Shown one piece after another: positions 18,844-28,906 of a stretch of DNA of 64,000 nt. Within the stretch, counting starts at the first letter, position 1, and every line of letters begins with the position of its first letter. Below the pieces are notes generated by a model that did no database searches, was not told where the DNA came from, and saw only the letters and a list, made by a program, of their open reading frames with translations. Both the position numbers and the translations under genes were made by a program. Source of the DNA: a virus (Duplodnaviria > Caudoviricetes); IMG/VR virus record IMGVR_UViG_3300013121_000029, positions 96,001 through 160,000 of that record. One strand, given 5' to 3'.

Positions 18844-20739
18844 TTATTTGTTCTTCAGTGCATCCTCATAAGAATAAGGATACAGAACAGTGTTAACTTG
18901 ATCGTCATTAAGTGCTTTAACACTTTCAAATACTCCTGGATGCTTCTCATTCAAAAATGCTTTAATTTCATGTGAGTTCATTTTACGCACTTCAAGCAAT
19001 TGTTTTGCTAATGACAATACATAGGGTAAATTGTTCTTGATTAAGGTGGTAGTTGCCTCGTATAACTCTTGACTAAGTTTTGTCATTTCATCATTGGATG
19101 GCATAATATCGATGTCATAACGGTAAGAATCAGTTTGTGATGGATCAACAATTGATAATTTTGATTGTCCGCTCGCGGTATTACGGAACATAACAGAAAG
19201 AGCGGTAGTAGCCTCGTAAATATCACGAACACAACCTGAAGTTGCATTTTCTTTACCGAACACCAATTCTTCTGCCACTTTACCAGCATATAAAACTTTA
19301 ACTTTTTGTTTTGTAGCAAAGTCTGAAGGAGCAGATGCAATGTTCCATGCTGCACCGCCAGATGCATTATCATGCAATCTTAACAAGAAAGGAGTGGTAT
19401 TAAATAGTAATATTTGCGCAATGGCGTGGCCACTCTCATGAACAGCAACGAGAGATTGAAAATTTATATCCTTAATAGCATTCTTTCTAATTTCTTCAAC
19501 ATCTGCTTTATAGTAAATCTTATCTCCCTGTGATGAGCACAGGTGAGAATTATCGCATGTAATAGTTATATTAGTATTGTTTTTTGCAATCGCATTAAGA
19601 ATTACATGTGGAAAACAAACATTAGTAAAATCACTAATGGTAGATAACACTGGACGAGTGCCTTGTGCAGGAAATACACTATTGTCGTAAATGAATTTAA
19701 TGATTGTATCATCTTTCATAGATAAAGTAATACCTGATCTTTCCTTTAAGAATGAGAAATAATTATCAAGAGCACGTTTAATAATTTGCTCAAATGCGGT
19801 TCTAGATAATGTTGGATAGGTAATGTGATTATTACCAAAGCGTGCAATTTGTTCAGGTTTAAACCTTCTCAATAATGCATTTTTAATAGTGAGCATATTA
19901 ATACGTTTTGTCATCTCGTGCATTAAATCCGCATCCATATCAGCATCGTCAACATTAAATGCTTCACGGAATGCTTCATCGAGGTTACCAGAAATTACAA
20001 TCAATAATCTACTGTAATCATCATAACTACGCTCGAGGAAATCTTGCTTCTTCAATTTAGTAATAATATTACCAACATCAACTGATGTCCACTTAGTAAT
20101 ATCATCAATACTTTGGTCAAGTTGGAGTTCTTTCTTTAAGTGTTTTGCTCTCCAAGTTGAGATATTTGTATCGTCATCTTCGGTGGAAGAATCCTCACCA
20201 TCTTCTTTTTCTGCTTTTTTCTTTGCTCGGCGATCTTCACTTGCTTTTACGTCAAACAACAAATCAAGCATTTCATCCAAAGCCGAAGTGGTAGGTAATC
20301 TACCATCACTCAACAACATCCAAATATCAGAATATGGATACTCGTTTTTCTCGGAGCCATCTTCTGTTACTGTGCGATAACGTTGAATCTCGTCCAACAG
20401 AAGAATTCCTTGACGATTGGGTTCAATTTTGGAATACTTCAAAGAGCTCGCAATCGTGCCGTAACCTGAAGAATTACCGGACAATTGAATCTCCATGAAA
20501 CTCTCACCAAGTTTGAGCAATGAAGTTAAATTACGAATAAGATCCGTTTTACCAACGCCAGTCATTCCCCACAAACAAATAATAGATGGACGAGTGTTAA
20601 GATCAGGAAAAATATACCATGATGTGATACGATTAATCACATCATCAATAATAAAATCGATACCAAAAAATCGTTTCTTCAATTCTACTCGAGCGTTATC
20701 AAGAACAGCTTTACGTTGGAGAATGGTTTGATAATCCAT
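18844..20739 (-). CDS. AAA+ ATPase fused to an M41-like zinc peptidase
   Basis: GMTGVGKT, LLLDEIQ, FKPEQIARFG; HESGH, AGKVAEELVFG..TSG...DI. Confidence 0.8.
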   Translation of the reverse strand: MDYQTILQRKAVLDNARVELKKRFFGIDFIIDDVINRITSWYIFPDLNTRPSIICLWGMTGVGKTDLIRNLTSLLKLGESFMEIQLSGNSSGYGTIASSLKYSKIEPNRQGILLLDEIQRYRTVTEDGSEKNEYPYSDIWMLLSDGRLPTTSALDEMLDLLFDVKASEDRRAKKKAEKEDGEDSSTEDDDTNISTWRAKHLKKELQLDQSIDDITKWTSVDVGNIITKLKKQDFLERSYDDYSRLLIVISGNLDEAFREAFNVDDADMDADLMHEMTKRINMLTIKNALLRRFKPEQIARFGNNHITYPTLSRTAFEQIIKRALDNYFSFLKERSGITLSMKDDTIIKFIYDNSVFPAQGTRPVLSTISDFTNVCFPHVILNAIAKNNTNITITCDNSHLCSSQGDKIYYKADVEEIRKNAIKDINFQSLVAVHESGHAIAQILLFNTTPFLLRLHDNASGGAAWNIASAPSDFATKQKVKVLYAGKVAEELVFGKENATSGCVRDIYEATTALSVMFRNTASGQSKLSIVDPSQTDSYRYDIDIMPSNDEMTKLSQELYEATTTLIKNNLPYVLSLAKQLLEVRKMNSHEIKAFLNEKHPGVFESVKALNDDQVNTVLYPYSYEDALKNK

Positions 20740-20749
20740 GTTTTTTCCT

Positions 20750-21043
20750 TTAAGTTGTTGTATTGTTTAGTTCATCTTGCAAATCAGATATAATAATTTC
20801 TGCTTCTTCATACTTGCCACGATAGTGCTCAGCAGCTGTTCTTAGTTGATCGTTTGCTGATCGTATATCTTCCATTACATCTTCAAGATCGTACAATTCA
20901 GAAGCAATATACTCAAGTTGCTTTAATATATCATATACATCGGATTCGCTTGTAAACTTATGATCGTCAGCATATTTGTATGCTTCGTTAATTTGCTTAA
21001 TAACTTTATCGATCATAGGACAAGTATGTTTAGGTAACTTCAT
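20750..21043 (-). CDS. hypothetical coiled-coil protein
   Basis: HTCPMID..MEDIRSANDQLR. Confidence 0.6.
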   Translation of the reverse strand: MKLPKHTCPMIDKVIKQINEAYKYADDHKFTSESDVYDILKQLEYIASELYDLEDVMEDIRSANDQLRTAAEHYRGKYEEAEIIISDLQDELNNTTT

Positions 21044-21426
21044 ATGTCGAATAGATCTCTCAAGATTATATTTTCATTATACAGTGATTTCTCAGGTATC
21101 TCAACGCCTGTATGTTCGTAAATCCATTTCGCTGCAATGTGTCTATGACAATGTTGTCCCGGAGGCTCGTAACACAATAAAATTGCATTTTCTCCAATGT
21201 CTTCTAATACCTTAAACGGATCAACATTGCGTTGTTTCAATAATTGGAGGTATTGTTCTGTATATTGTTTGTGTGTTATTAATCCTTTTTTACTCTGATG
21301 CACTAACTCCCACGTTGGAGCTAATGGTAGATATATTTTCCCCTTATAGTAAGAGGGTGGTTTTACAGAGATGGCAATCGCATTAGGATCATTACCGTCT
21401 CTTGCATAATTACTTGTGAATATCAT
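21040..21426 (-). CDS. DUF488-family protein
   Basis: LAPTWEL, LLCYE..CHRHIAAKW. Confidence 0.8.
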   Translation of the reverse strand: MIFTSNYARDGNDPNAIAISVKPPSYYKGKIYLPLAPTWELVHQSKKGLITHKQYTEQYLQLLKQRNVDPFKVLEDIGENAILLCYEPPGQHCHRHIAAKWIYEHTGVEIPEKSLYNENIILRDLFDI

Positions 21427-22448
21427 GCTTATCTAAAAATTTATATGCTTGTTTTAGTACTTTATTCTCAGGATCTGGCTGAAAGCCACCTTCATCATCT
21501 GCCCATTTTCTATCACATTGAGTGCAAATTGTCCAAATCGAACCGCCACGAATAGTTTCTTCATGAGCGCATTGATGTTTTTCGACTTCTCTGATTAATT
21601 GTTTAATTAAAGTAATTGATTCTTTATTATCTTCAGAATTAACAGACATATCCCATGATGTGTTTTTCGACACAAACTCCCACCATAAATGATGTTCGAT
21701 TAATTTAGAATATATTGCTCTTTTAAATTCATCGTCTGTATAATCTCTCACTCTTTTCCAATGATCACTTTCCAATTTATGATGAAGAGTAATAAAATCA
21801 ATAAATGCTTCTCTTATTAAGATTTTTGCAGATTCTTCTTCATTGCCTTTTGATAACAAATAATCAGGAACTTCTACAGTGGTACTAATATGTAATTTCA
21901 TTAAATTAAACCTCAAATATTTTTAATTATACATGAGGTTTAGTTTAGGATCAATTGTTATTTAAATAATCATATGCTTTATAATAGTCTTCTGATAACC
22001 AAGGTTTAATTGGTTCAGAATTTCGTTGTTTTGCCATCCATGCAATTACACCAGAATGACCATATGTATTATACATATACAATACTTGTTCAAATTGTTC
22101 AGGATAAATTTCCTCAACATCTCCACAAGCATAATAAAACACATCGTTGGCATTTAAATATACTTGTACAGAACAATCAATTAATTCTTTCATCCATATA
22201 ATATTTTCAATATTATGTAAATTCATGAATGCATCTTGTTGTGTCTCTGTTAATGTTTCAAACCAACTCATAAATGTATCCACACGATCTAAAAATTGTG
22301 TTCCGAAAGCATTCCATCCTTCTTGCCATTTAGTACGTTCTGATTTAACTCCTTCTTTGATAATATATTCTGGATATACTCCCAAACTATCAAAAGCAAT
22401 TTCATAAAATGCTTTTGATGGATCTAACATATATTTTTTATTTGTCAT
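21410..22448 (-). other. two hypothetical CDS (21410-21916, 21951-22448)
   Basis: long ORFs on the coding strand. Confidence 0.6.
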
Positions 22449-22821
22449 TTTTCTTCTCCTTTAATTTTTTTCCGAAAGATAATACCCATCTTGAGCCTTG
22501 TTCGATAGGAGTAACATAGTGATAAGAGTTGTCAGCACGAAATAGATACATTCTATTTCTCCATTGCCATATCATTTTTTGACATACAAATTGTCCTCCT
22601 TTATCAGCTTTCCATAATTCAATATTGAATCTATAGAGCCGATCACCATTGGATGGATCTTTGTGTTTTGGGATATAAGAACCTTGTTTATAATGAAACA
22701 AGTAACAATCGAATTTAAAAGTGCGGGAAAAAGCTAATGTGAAGATGCGGTAACCAGTTCCGTAGGTATCTTCGCCCCAACGGAATAAACGTAGTGTGGA
22801 TTTTTGAATCTATTTTTTCAT
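22438..22821 (-). CDS. small 2OG-Fe(II) oxygenase with an in-frame TAG at codon 4
   Basis: AAGGAG-N8-ATG AAA AAA TAG ATT CAA in frame with ORF 22438-22701; HKD..HYVT..R motifs. Confidence 0.7.
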
Positions 22822-22847
22822 GATTGTTTCTCCTTAGTTGTAAGTGT

Positions 22848-23162
22848 TTATTTTGTATTTACTATATTTCCTACTGTTAAAAACGTAACAGCAAAATCTT
22901 GTCCGAATCGTTCAGAAAATTCTACACACTGATTTCTTGCTGTGTCAAGATCATGATGCAAAAAGCCATGATACTCTCCTATTACATGTACAGTATAACA
23001 TGCAAATCTTTCTTCTGCTTTTAACATTGCAACTAATTCATACAATGGTTTATCTTTTAAATGTTGAATGTTTGGTGCAGTTAACGCAACTTTAGGATCG
23101 CCTGTATTAAACACACAAATGATATTATCATTATCATCTAATTTACAAAATCCGTGACGCAT
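22848..23162 (-). CDS. hypothetical protein
   Basis: 104-aa ORF. Confidence 0.6.
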   Translation of the reverse strand: MRHGFCKLDDNDNIICVFNTGDPKVALTAPNIQHLKDKPLYELVAMLKAEERFACYTVHVIGEYHGFLHHDLDTARNQCVEFSERFGQDFAVTFLTVGNIVNTK

Positions 23163-24430
23163 TATGCGATATCCAAATATACTTGTTCGAAACCTGAAGT
23201 GGATTTAGTTAAATCAAAATTATCAGCAATAAATTGCTTTACTTTATTTGGATTGATACTATGATGAAAAACAATATTAGGACCATGTTTATCTAACATA
23301 ACAGCATAGATACCATCAAAATATTGCAATCCATCTGCTGTGTTTTGTCCACATTCGTGACTACCGCATTCGTATTCACGTTGTGATACTACTGGAATAC
23401 TGTGTTTTGGATTTTCTTTTAATGGACAATGAAAATGGACAATGCAGTCAGTATCTTTAAATGTGTTGAAGATGATTCTTTGGCTTTGACCACCAACTGA
23501 TGGTTTTGCACCTATTGAGATTACGTTATCTTCTCCATCAGTTTTTACATACACCATTCCATTTTTATCAATGTCGTTAAAATTAGTTTTTCTAATGGAT
23601 GTTAAGAATTCATTATCGCTCAATTTAGCAGCGAAATGTCCTGTTGTGACACCATTAAACTTTTTATATGCTCCTTGCTCAATGCACCAATTAACAACAT
23701 TACGTAAAGCAGGATATACTGCAGCATCATTCCATGTAACAGGAGTACCAGCAACTACTGTTGAACGAGTAAATGACAGATGGGTTCTGTGCCATGCAAT
23801 TTCTACCAATTCACGTAGTGTCTCAACACGATTAGTAGGATCTGATTTGGCATAGTAAGCACCTTCTTCAGGGGTTATAATAATATTATTGCGTGTTTTG
23901 ATGTCATTTGCTAATACTAAATTGACAGATGCTTTTTTGAGTAAATTGAGACCTTGTTTATATTGTTCTGCAGGAGATGCATCGCATGTTGTTTTAAATG
24001 CTACTAAGAAAATATCTTTACGTTTTGCACGAATACGTTTAACAATTTTTTCAGCTGGAACAATATCAATTTGTTGTTGTCCGTTTTTCGTTTGAAGACG
24101 ATCAGCATATTTTCCTGAAACGTTGTCAATGGATCCATCAAAATCACACACTGCAGCATTAAAAAACACTACTTTAGTTTCATTGTTATTGATAATTTCT
24201 GTTATTTTGTCGTTTAGATCATCAGTAGTTACAATAGATGAATTTGGATCAGCCATTTTAGTTAGAACCAATTCAGTGTCCATATTAGTGAATCTATCTC
24301 TACATAACATTGCTATCTGTTTCGCTGTTTCGCCAAATGCTGGTGCTGCTAAGGCAAGATGAGCACGAACATAAGAAAAAGTTCCACCACCAATAACATA
24401 TACTTTCTTTTTAGTTGCCATATTAATCAC
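23162..24430 (-). CDS. CoaB-like (phosphopantothenoylcysteine synthetase) domain fused to a class II aldolase/adducin-like domain
   Basis: GGGT, NAAVCDF, LVAFKTT, LVLAND; then GHFA, KPSV, IVHFH, HG. Confidence 0.7.
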   Translation of the reverse strand: MINMATKKKVYVIGGGTFSYVRAHLALAAPAFGETAKQIAMLCRDRFTNMDTELVLTKMADPNSSIVTTDDLNDKITEIINNNETKVVFFNAAVCDFDGSIDNVSGKYADRLQTKNGQQQIDIVPAEKIVKRIRAKRKDIFLVAFKTTCDASPAEQYKQGLNLLKKASVNLVLANDIKTRNNIIITPEEGAYYAKSDPTNRVETLRELVEIAWHRTHLSFTRSTVVAGTPVTWNDAAVYPALRNVVNWCIEQGAYKKFNGVTTGHFAAKLSDNEFLTSIRKTNFNDIDKNGMVYVKTDGEDNVISIGAKPSVGGQSQRIIFNTFKDTDCIVHFHCPLKENPKHSIPVVSQREYECGSHECGQNTADGLQYFDGIYAVMLDKHGPNIVFHHSINPNKVKQFIADNFDLTKSTSGFEQVYLDIA

Positions 24431-24708
24431 CTACAATTAAATTTGAAATTTCTATCTAATACACTACCTATTCGTTCTGCAGTACAAAAGAAAGGTTTAA
24501 TAATAGTACCATCTCTCGAGATGCAATAACCGTGCATATTATTTTTCTCATATGTGTATATTTTTGTCGCAGTACTAATACAAGTATCAAAATTATGTAC
24601 TTCGACACTAAAGGAAGATGACCCGTTTCCAATATCAGTCATTACAACTAATGTATCAGCAATAGCTGTACTGCTTATTAGACATAGTGTTGAAAATAAG
24701 TATTTCAT
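24427..24708 (-). CDS. small secreted hypothetical protein
   Basis: signal-like N-terminus ending AIA, GAGG RBS. Confidence 0.55.
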   Translation of the reverse strand: MKYLFSTLCLISSTAIADTLVVMTDIGNGSSSFSVEVHNFDTCISTATKIYTYEKNNMHGYCISRDGTIIKPFFCTAERIGSVLDRNFKFNCR

Positions 24709-24722
24709 TGTTACCTCTTATT

Positions 24723-24797
24723 TGGTGCTCGTGGAGGGAATCGAACCCACAACTAACGATTTTAGGGATCGTTTTTCTACCATTGAATTACACAAGC
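24723..24797 (-). tRNA. amber suppressor tRNA (CTA)
   Basis: acceptor GCTTGTG/CACGAGC, arm ACGAT-CCCTAAA-ATCGT (C33), TTCGATT loop, ACCA. Confidence 0.8.
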
Positions 24798-24964
24798 ATG
24801 TTAGTTTATACAAATAGAATCTCTTGAAATTTCCTCACCATGATAATACAGTGTCACAACATGATACTTATTATCCCAATCCCATTCATCATTAATTGAA
24901 ATTCTCAATCCTTCTATAATTTCTTTCATAATTTCTTTTTTAAGTTCTTCCTTATCAGTATCTG

Positions 24965-25879
24965 TCATGTGAATCTCCTTTCTTTACAAAATCTTTTCCA
25001 ACATTGCGCTGTTGTTTCGTTAGGAAGAAATTCTTCAGCACAACCTAAAACTCCTCCTTTATAAGATCCTTTTCGAGGACCGACTTCATCTTTGAATTCA
25101 ATCTCGAGATATCTCTTGATTTTTCTTCCACCAGGAATATATTTGAAAAATGCTCTTAACCAAGCCCATTTTCCTCTAATCCACTCACGTTCCTCTACGT
25201 TTAAACGTGCTAAAGTAATCGAGTTATCGTATGGATCTTTATATTCGCAATACTTATAAATGGAGCAAGGATCGACGCTTGTTGATGACCAATTATCATA
25301 AGTGCCGTTTTTACGTTCATTATAATTATTTGCATAGTCATCTGATTTTGGAAGGATAAACCAATCATTATATTTGAGGAATAATTTCTCTCTTTCTTTT
25401 CCTTTTACAACCCCTGTTTTATTTTGCCATGGAAAATACAACTGTTGCCATTTAGAACGATGACGATCAGGGCACAAATATTTTCCATCGAGATATAAAG
25501 CATCGTGTCTTACTTGTTGAAAATTCCAAAAATAATTGTATACTTTACTATGATCAGAATTGTAAGGATCGTTGCTAATCCATTGCATTGGTTGAATCCC
25601 ATAGTACGTATGAATATCGTTTTTGTTAATGGAAATTCCATATTGTTTACGAATATAATTCCAATAACCACCTTCTTTATTACTCCAACTATATTGTGAA
25701 GTATCTCTCCATTCTTTTCTCGGAGATACAATTTTAGGACCTATCCACCACCAGGAGTATTTGCCTAACCGTAAATTATACATATTATATGGTAATTCTG
25801 GAGTTTCCCAATCATTGCTAATACTGATAGCAAACAAACTTCCTTCGTACGCTTTGCTTTTTTCTTTTAGTTTAAACAT
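24965..25879 (-). CDS. Trp-rich hypothetical phage protein
   Basis: 304-aa ORF. Confidence 0.7.
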   Translation of the reverse strand: MFKLKEKSKAYEGSLFAISISNDWETPELPYNMYNLRLGKYSWWWIGPKIVSPRKEWRDTSQYSWSNKEGGYWNYIRKQYGISINKNDIHTYYGIQPMQWISNDPYNSDHSKVYNYFWNFQQVRHDALYLDGKYLCPDRHRSKWQQLYFPWQNKTGVVKGKEREKLFLKYNDWFILPKSDDYANNYNERKNGTYDNWSSTSVDPCSIYKYCEYKDPYDNSITLARLNVEEREWIRGKWAWLRAFFKYIPGGRKIKRYLEIEFKDEVGPRKGSYKGGVLGCAEEFLPNETTAQCWKRFCKERRFT

Positions 25880-26104
25880 TTTCGTTAATTCTCTTTATTG
25901 AATGTTTCCAATACATCACCATTTCTTTTACAGTTTTATCCATAGCCATAGCGTATTGGTATTGTGACCGTAATTGAGATTGTAAACTTTCATACAATCT
26001 GTTTAACCGTTCATGTAAAAACTCCATTTCTGTTTGCATGATGTTTGGTCAAAATCAATCATTATATTCTCCATTTGTTAATACTTCACTATCGAAGTGA
26101 GAAT

Positions 26105-26133
26105 ATTATAAACGAAGTCTATTTGGATTTCAA
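26105..26133 (-). promoter_or_regulatory. sigma70-like early promoter
   Basis: TTGAAA-N17-TATAAT. Confidence 0.65.
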
Positions 26134-26219
26134 GCGTTTAAACTCTTCACGAATTTTTTTCAATTGCTCAAGATGAGCTTTATGCTTCTTAAGCAATTGA
26201 TTTAAATTATCATTTGGAT

Positions 26220-26663
26220 TTACTGTTTCCATAAATGATGTTCAATGTCAATTAATTGAGCAGAAATGATAGGTTCAACGATAGTCCAATGTCCTCCGCC
26301 TAAACCACATCCAATCATTGGATAATGAACAGGTAATTGCAAAGATACTGCCATCAAACGAACTTGTTTAAATACTGTTTCGATAGCATCATAATCTACA
26401 TATTTCTTACCATCACGACCATATTTTTCTTGAGTAATGCCATTTACAATCCACAATTGATCAGAAATTTTCACAGGAATAATTTGTCCAAGAAATAATC
26501 TACTTCCTTGCTGATCAAAAACAAAACGATAGTTAACATATACTTGTGGATATTTTTGTTTAATTTGTAAAGCAATCCCTGATCCTTGAACTCCAAGTGA
26601 ATTACATCCTTGGACAATAATTCCTCGTTTAAGAGAAAGAATATCCCCATTAATAGTATTCAT
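26220..26663 (-). CDS. macrodomain (ADP-ribose processing) protein
   Basis: GDIL, QGCNSLGVQGSGIA, PMIGCGLGGG.W. Confidence 0.9.
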   Translation of the reverse strand: MNTINGDILSLKRGIIVQGCNSLGVQGSGIALQIKQKYPQVYVNYRFVFDQQGSRLFLGQIIPVKISDQLWIVNGITQEKYGRDGKKYVDYDAIETVFKQVRLMAVSLQLPVHYPMIGCGLGGGHWTIVEPIISAQLIDIEHHLWKQ

Positions 26664-26669
26664 TTATTT

Positions 26670-27146
26670 TTACCCTATGGTTGTTAAATTTGAATGTATA
26701 TGTGGAAACTTATTTTTCACATAATTTAAAAATGTTGTTTGTCTGGCTTCGGAGATATGTTGAGATATGTTGTTAATGATTGACATTAACAATTCTTCGT
26801 CTACATTGTTCTCTTTCTGTGTGTTACATAATTCACATAAAATCTGACCATTAGTAGCAGCATCTCTTCCACCTAATGATCGTGGCCATATGTGATCGAA
26901 AGTTAATACTATTGGTTGATCATCTTTAAAATAAGCAAAGCAATAAGAATATTCAATACCGTGCCCTCCTCGTGCCTTCCCTACTACCCAATGTGTCGCA
27001 TGTGTATTGCACTTTCTACAATAACATTCTTTAATCCAATCGTTGTTGGGTAACAATCGAGCGATGGTGGTCTTATATTTTTGATCATTAGATACTTGTT
27101 CAATTGAACATATTTCATCTAGTTTCATTTTAACGAGACGAGTCAT
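26670..27146 (-). CDS. HNH endonuclease
   Basis: TFDHIWPRSLGG..NGQILCELCN..K. Confidence 0.85.
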   Translation of the reverse strand: MTRLVKMKLDEICSIEQVSNDQKYKTTIARLLPNNDWIKECYCRKCNTHATHWVVGKARGGHGIEYSYCFAYFKDDQPIVLTFDHIWPRSLGGRDAATNGQILCELCNTQKENNVDEELLMSIINNISQHISEARQTTFLNYVKNKFPHIHSNLTTIG

Positions 27147-27184
27147 AACATATATCTCTTAATCTGACTATTATACGATAATGT

Positions 27185-27715
27185 TTATTTTGAAACAAGT
27201 ATGTCAAATGGTTCACTTACCCCTTGACTAAATTCAGCAGCAGCTCGCAAGGCCATTTCGACACGTTCTTCAGGTGGCAAATGGATTGTTGAATAGAAAC
27301 TACCTAATGCAACTTCTTTGCCGTTGCCAATAGCATTAAAACCATGTACATTGCGTACTAATGATAAATCACATTGTAATTCATACAGTTTACCTTTATA
27401 TGCAATCAATGCGTTATCAGTAAACTTATCCTCATCTAAATTCATTCCTTTGTCAGATAATGTTTCGCGTATTTGTTCTACTATAACAGTAAACAAATAC
27501 TCTTCTTCGCTCATCTTTTTGGATTTCTTCGGAAACTCAACATTATATTGAATGATATCTGCATATCTAAACGAACCTGAGAACCCTATCAAAAAAGGTC
27601 CTTTTTTGAAAATCTTTGGCTTGGCAGTTTTGGTCTTCGTTACATCGTTAGAACTACAACGATCACCACCCATAAACACTCGACCATGATGTTCTAGTCC
27701 AACCACACATGTCAT
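27185..27715 (-). CDS. HslV/proteasome-like Ntn hydrolase
   Basis: N-terminal MTCVVG, GGD, K, AIGNG..ALG. Confidence 0.8.
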   Translation of the reverse strand: MTCVVGLEHHGRVFMGGDRCSSNDVTKTKTAKPKIFKKGPFLIGFSGSFRYADIIQYNVEFPKKSKKMSEEEYLFTVIVEQIRETLSDKGMNLDEDKFTDNALIAYKGKLYELQCDLSLVRNVHGFNAIGNGKEVALGSFYSTIHLPPEERVEMALRAAAEFSQGVSEPFDILVSK

Positions 27716-27778
27716 AACATTAACTCCAAGATCTGTAACATTATAAAGTATATATTGTTAGGAATCAACTCACACAAT

Positions 27779-28530
27779 TTATAAAAGTTTTGCAAACGCA
27801 AGGGCAAGTTGCCATCCTTCGGCAGTAGGAACAAATCTCGCAAACGGAGACTTGGCCTTTGTTTTATGTTCATTGTGAAAATGAGGGTCTAACAAACCTT
27901 TATTAGTTTGCATCAATTCGAGAAAGGTTGTTTTTTTGTACACTAAAATCTTACGACCTTCGAAGTTTGTGCAATCTGGATATTCTAGTTCTAGTACCAA
28001 ATTACCGTTTACGCACACAGAGTGCAAAATCTTGTAATTATCTGCTTTTGGATTTATATCTTTAATAGGTTGTGATGTATCAAAAGTACTACAACTCTTC
28101 CTTCCAGAAAAAGGTCCTGCGCCCATAGTTAATCTCCGTGTATAATGCAATTGTGATTTATAATTTGATATGGTGTGCCTCGACGTTCCATATTATCCAA
28201 CATAGGACAAGTACAATTTGGTACTTTATACCAATTATGAAAAGTAGCATCTTCATCAAAGTGCCACAAGCGTTGTTGAATAAACTCAATTTCGGTGCAT
28301 TTTGATGCTAATGCACGTAAAGTGGTCTTATCATCTGTTCGAGCCATGTCAGAGTAAATCTCGTACAGCAAAGCATGAGATTCTTTGAGTAATGCTAATT
28401 CGTCGTCACTTATATTTTGTTGTTTAACTAACTCTGGATTCACCACAGTAACGGGTTCACCAGATGAAGTTCTTACGATATACTTTTCTTCGAAATTTGC
28501 AAATGTAATAAAATTCTTTACTTTTTTCAT
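27779..28530 (-). other. two conserved-looking phage hypothetical CDS (27779-28150, 28129-28530)
   Basis: YPDCTNFEGRKIL..DPHF..ARF.PT; CTCPMLDN..CIIHG. Confidence 0.6.
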
Positions 28531-28531
28531 A

Positions 28532-28906
28532 TTATGCCTTTATAAACATCCTGCCTGTAAAACCAACAGACTTATAACCAAAATCATTAATCAAACATGC
28601 TTTAATATTTTCAACCCCGACAGGATTGCTTGATATAATCCTTACTGTTGGGGGAATTTCAATTCCTTCGACCAACGCATGTAATAATACTTGACATCCG
28701 TTCATTGCTTCCTCTTCTGATGCAATTGCGATACCTTCTTTAGTAATTTCTTTAATTTTCATTCCAAGATCATGGTCCAGATGTAGTTCATCATAACCAC
28801 CTTTACGAAGTTCGTTAAGTCCTTCTTCACCAGTACGGGCATAAGTAATTTTTGCGGTGAAGATATCCAATGTACGAATATCATCAATTACTAAAATTTT
28901 TTTCAC
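28532..28906 (-). CDS. cyclic-phosphate-processing-type receiver domain protein
   Basis: VIDDIR, LHLDHDLG, SSNPVG. Confidence 0.75.
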   Translation of the reverse strand: MKKILVIDDIRTLDIFTAKITYARTGEEGLNELRKGGYDELHLDHDLGMKIKEITKEGIAIASEEEAMNGCQVLLHALVEGIEIPPTVRIISSNPVGVENIKACLINDFGYKSVGFTGRMFIKA

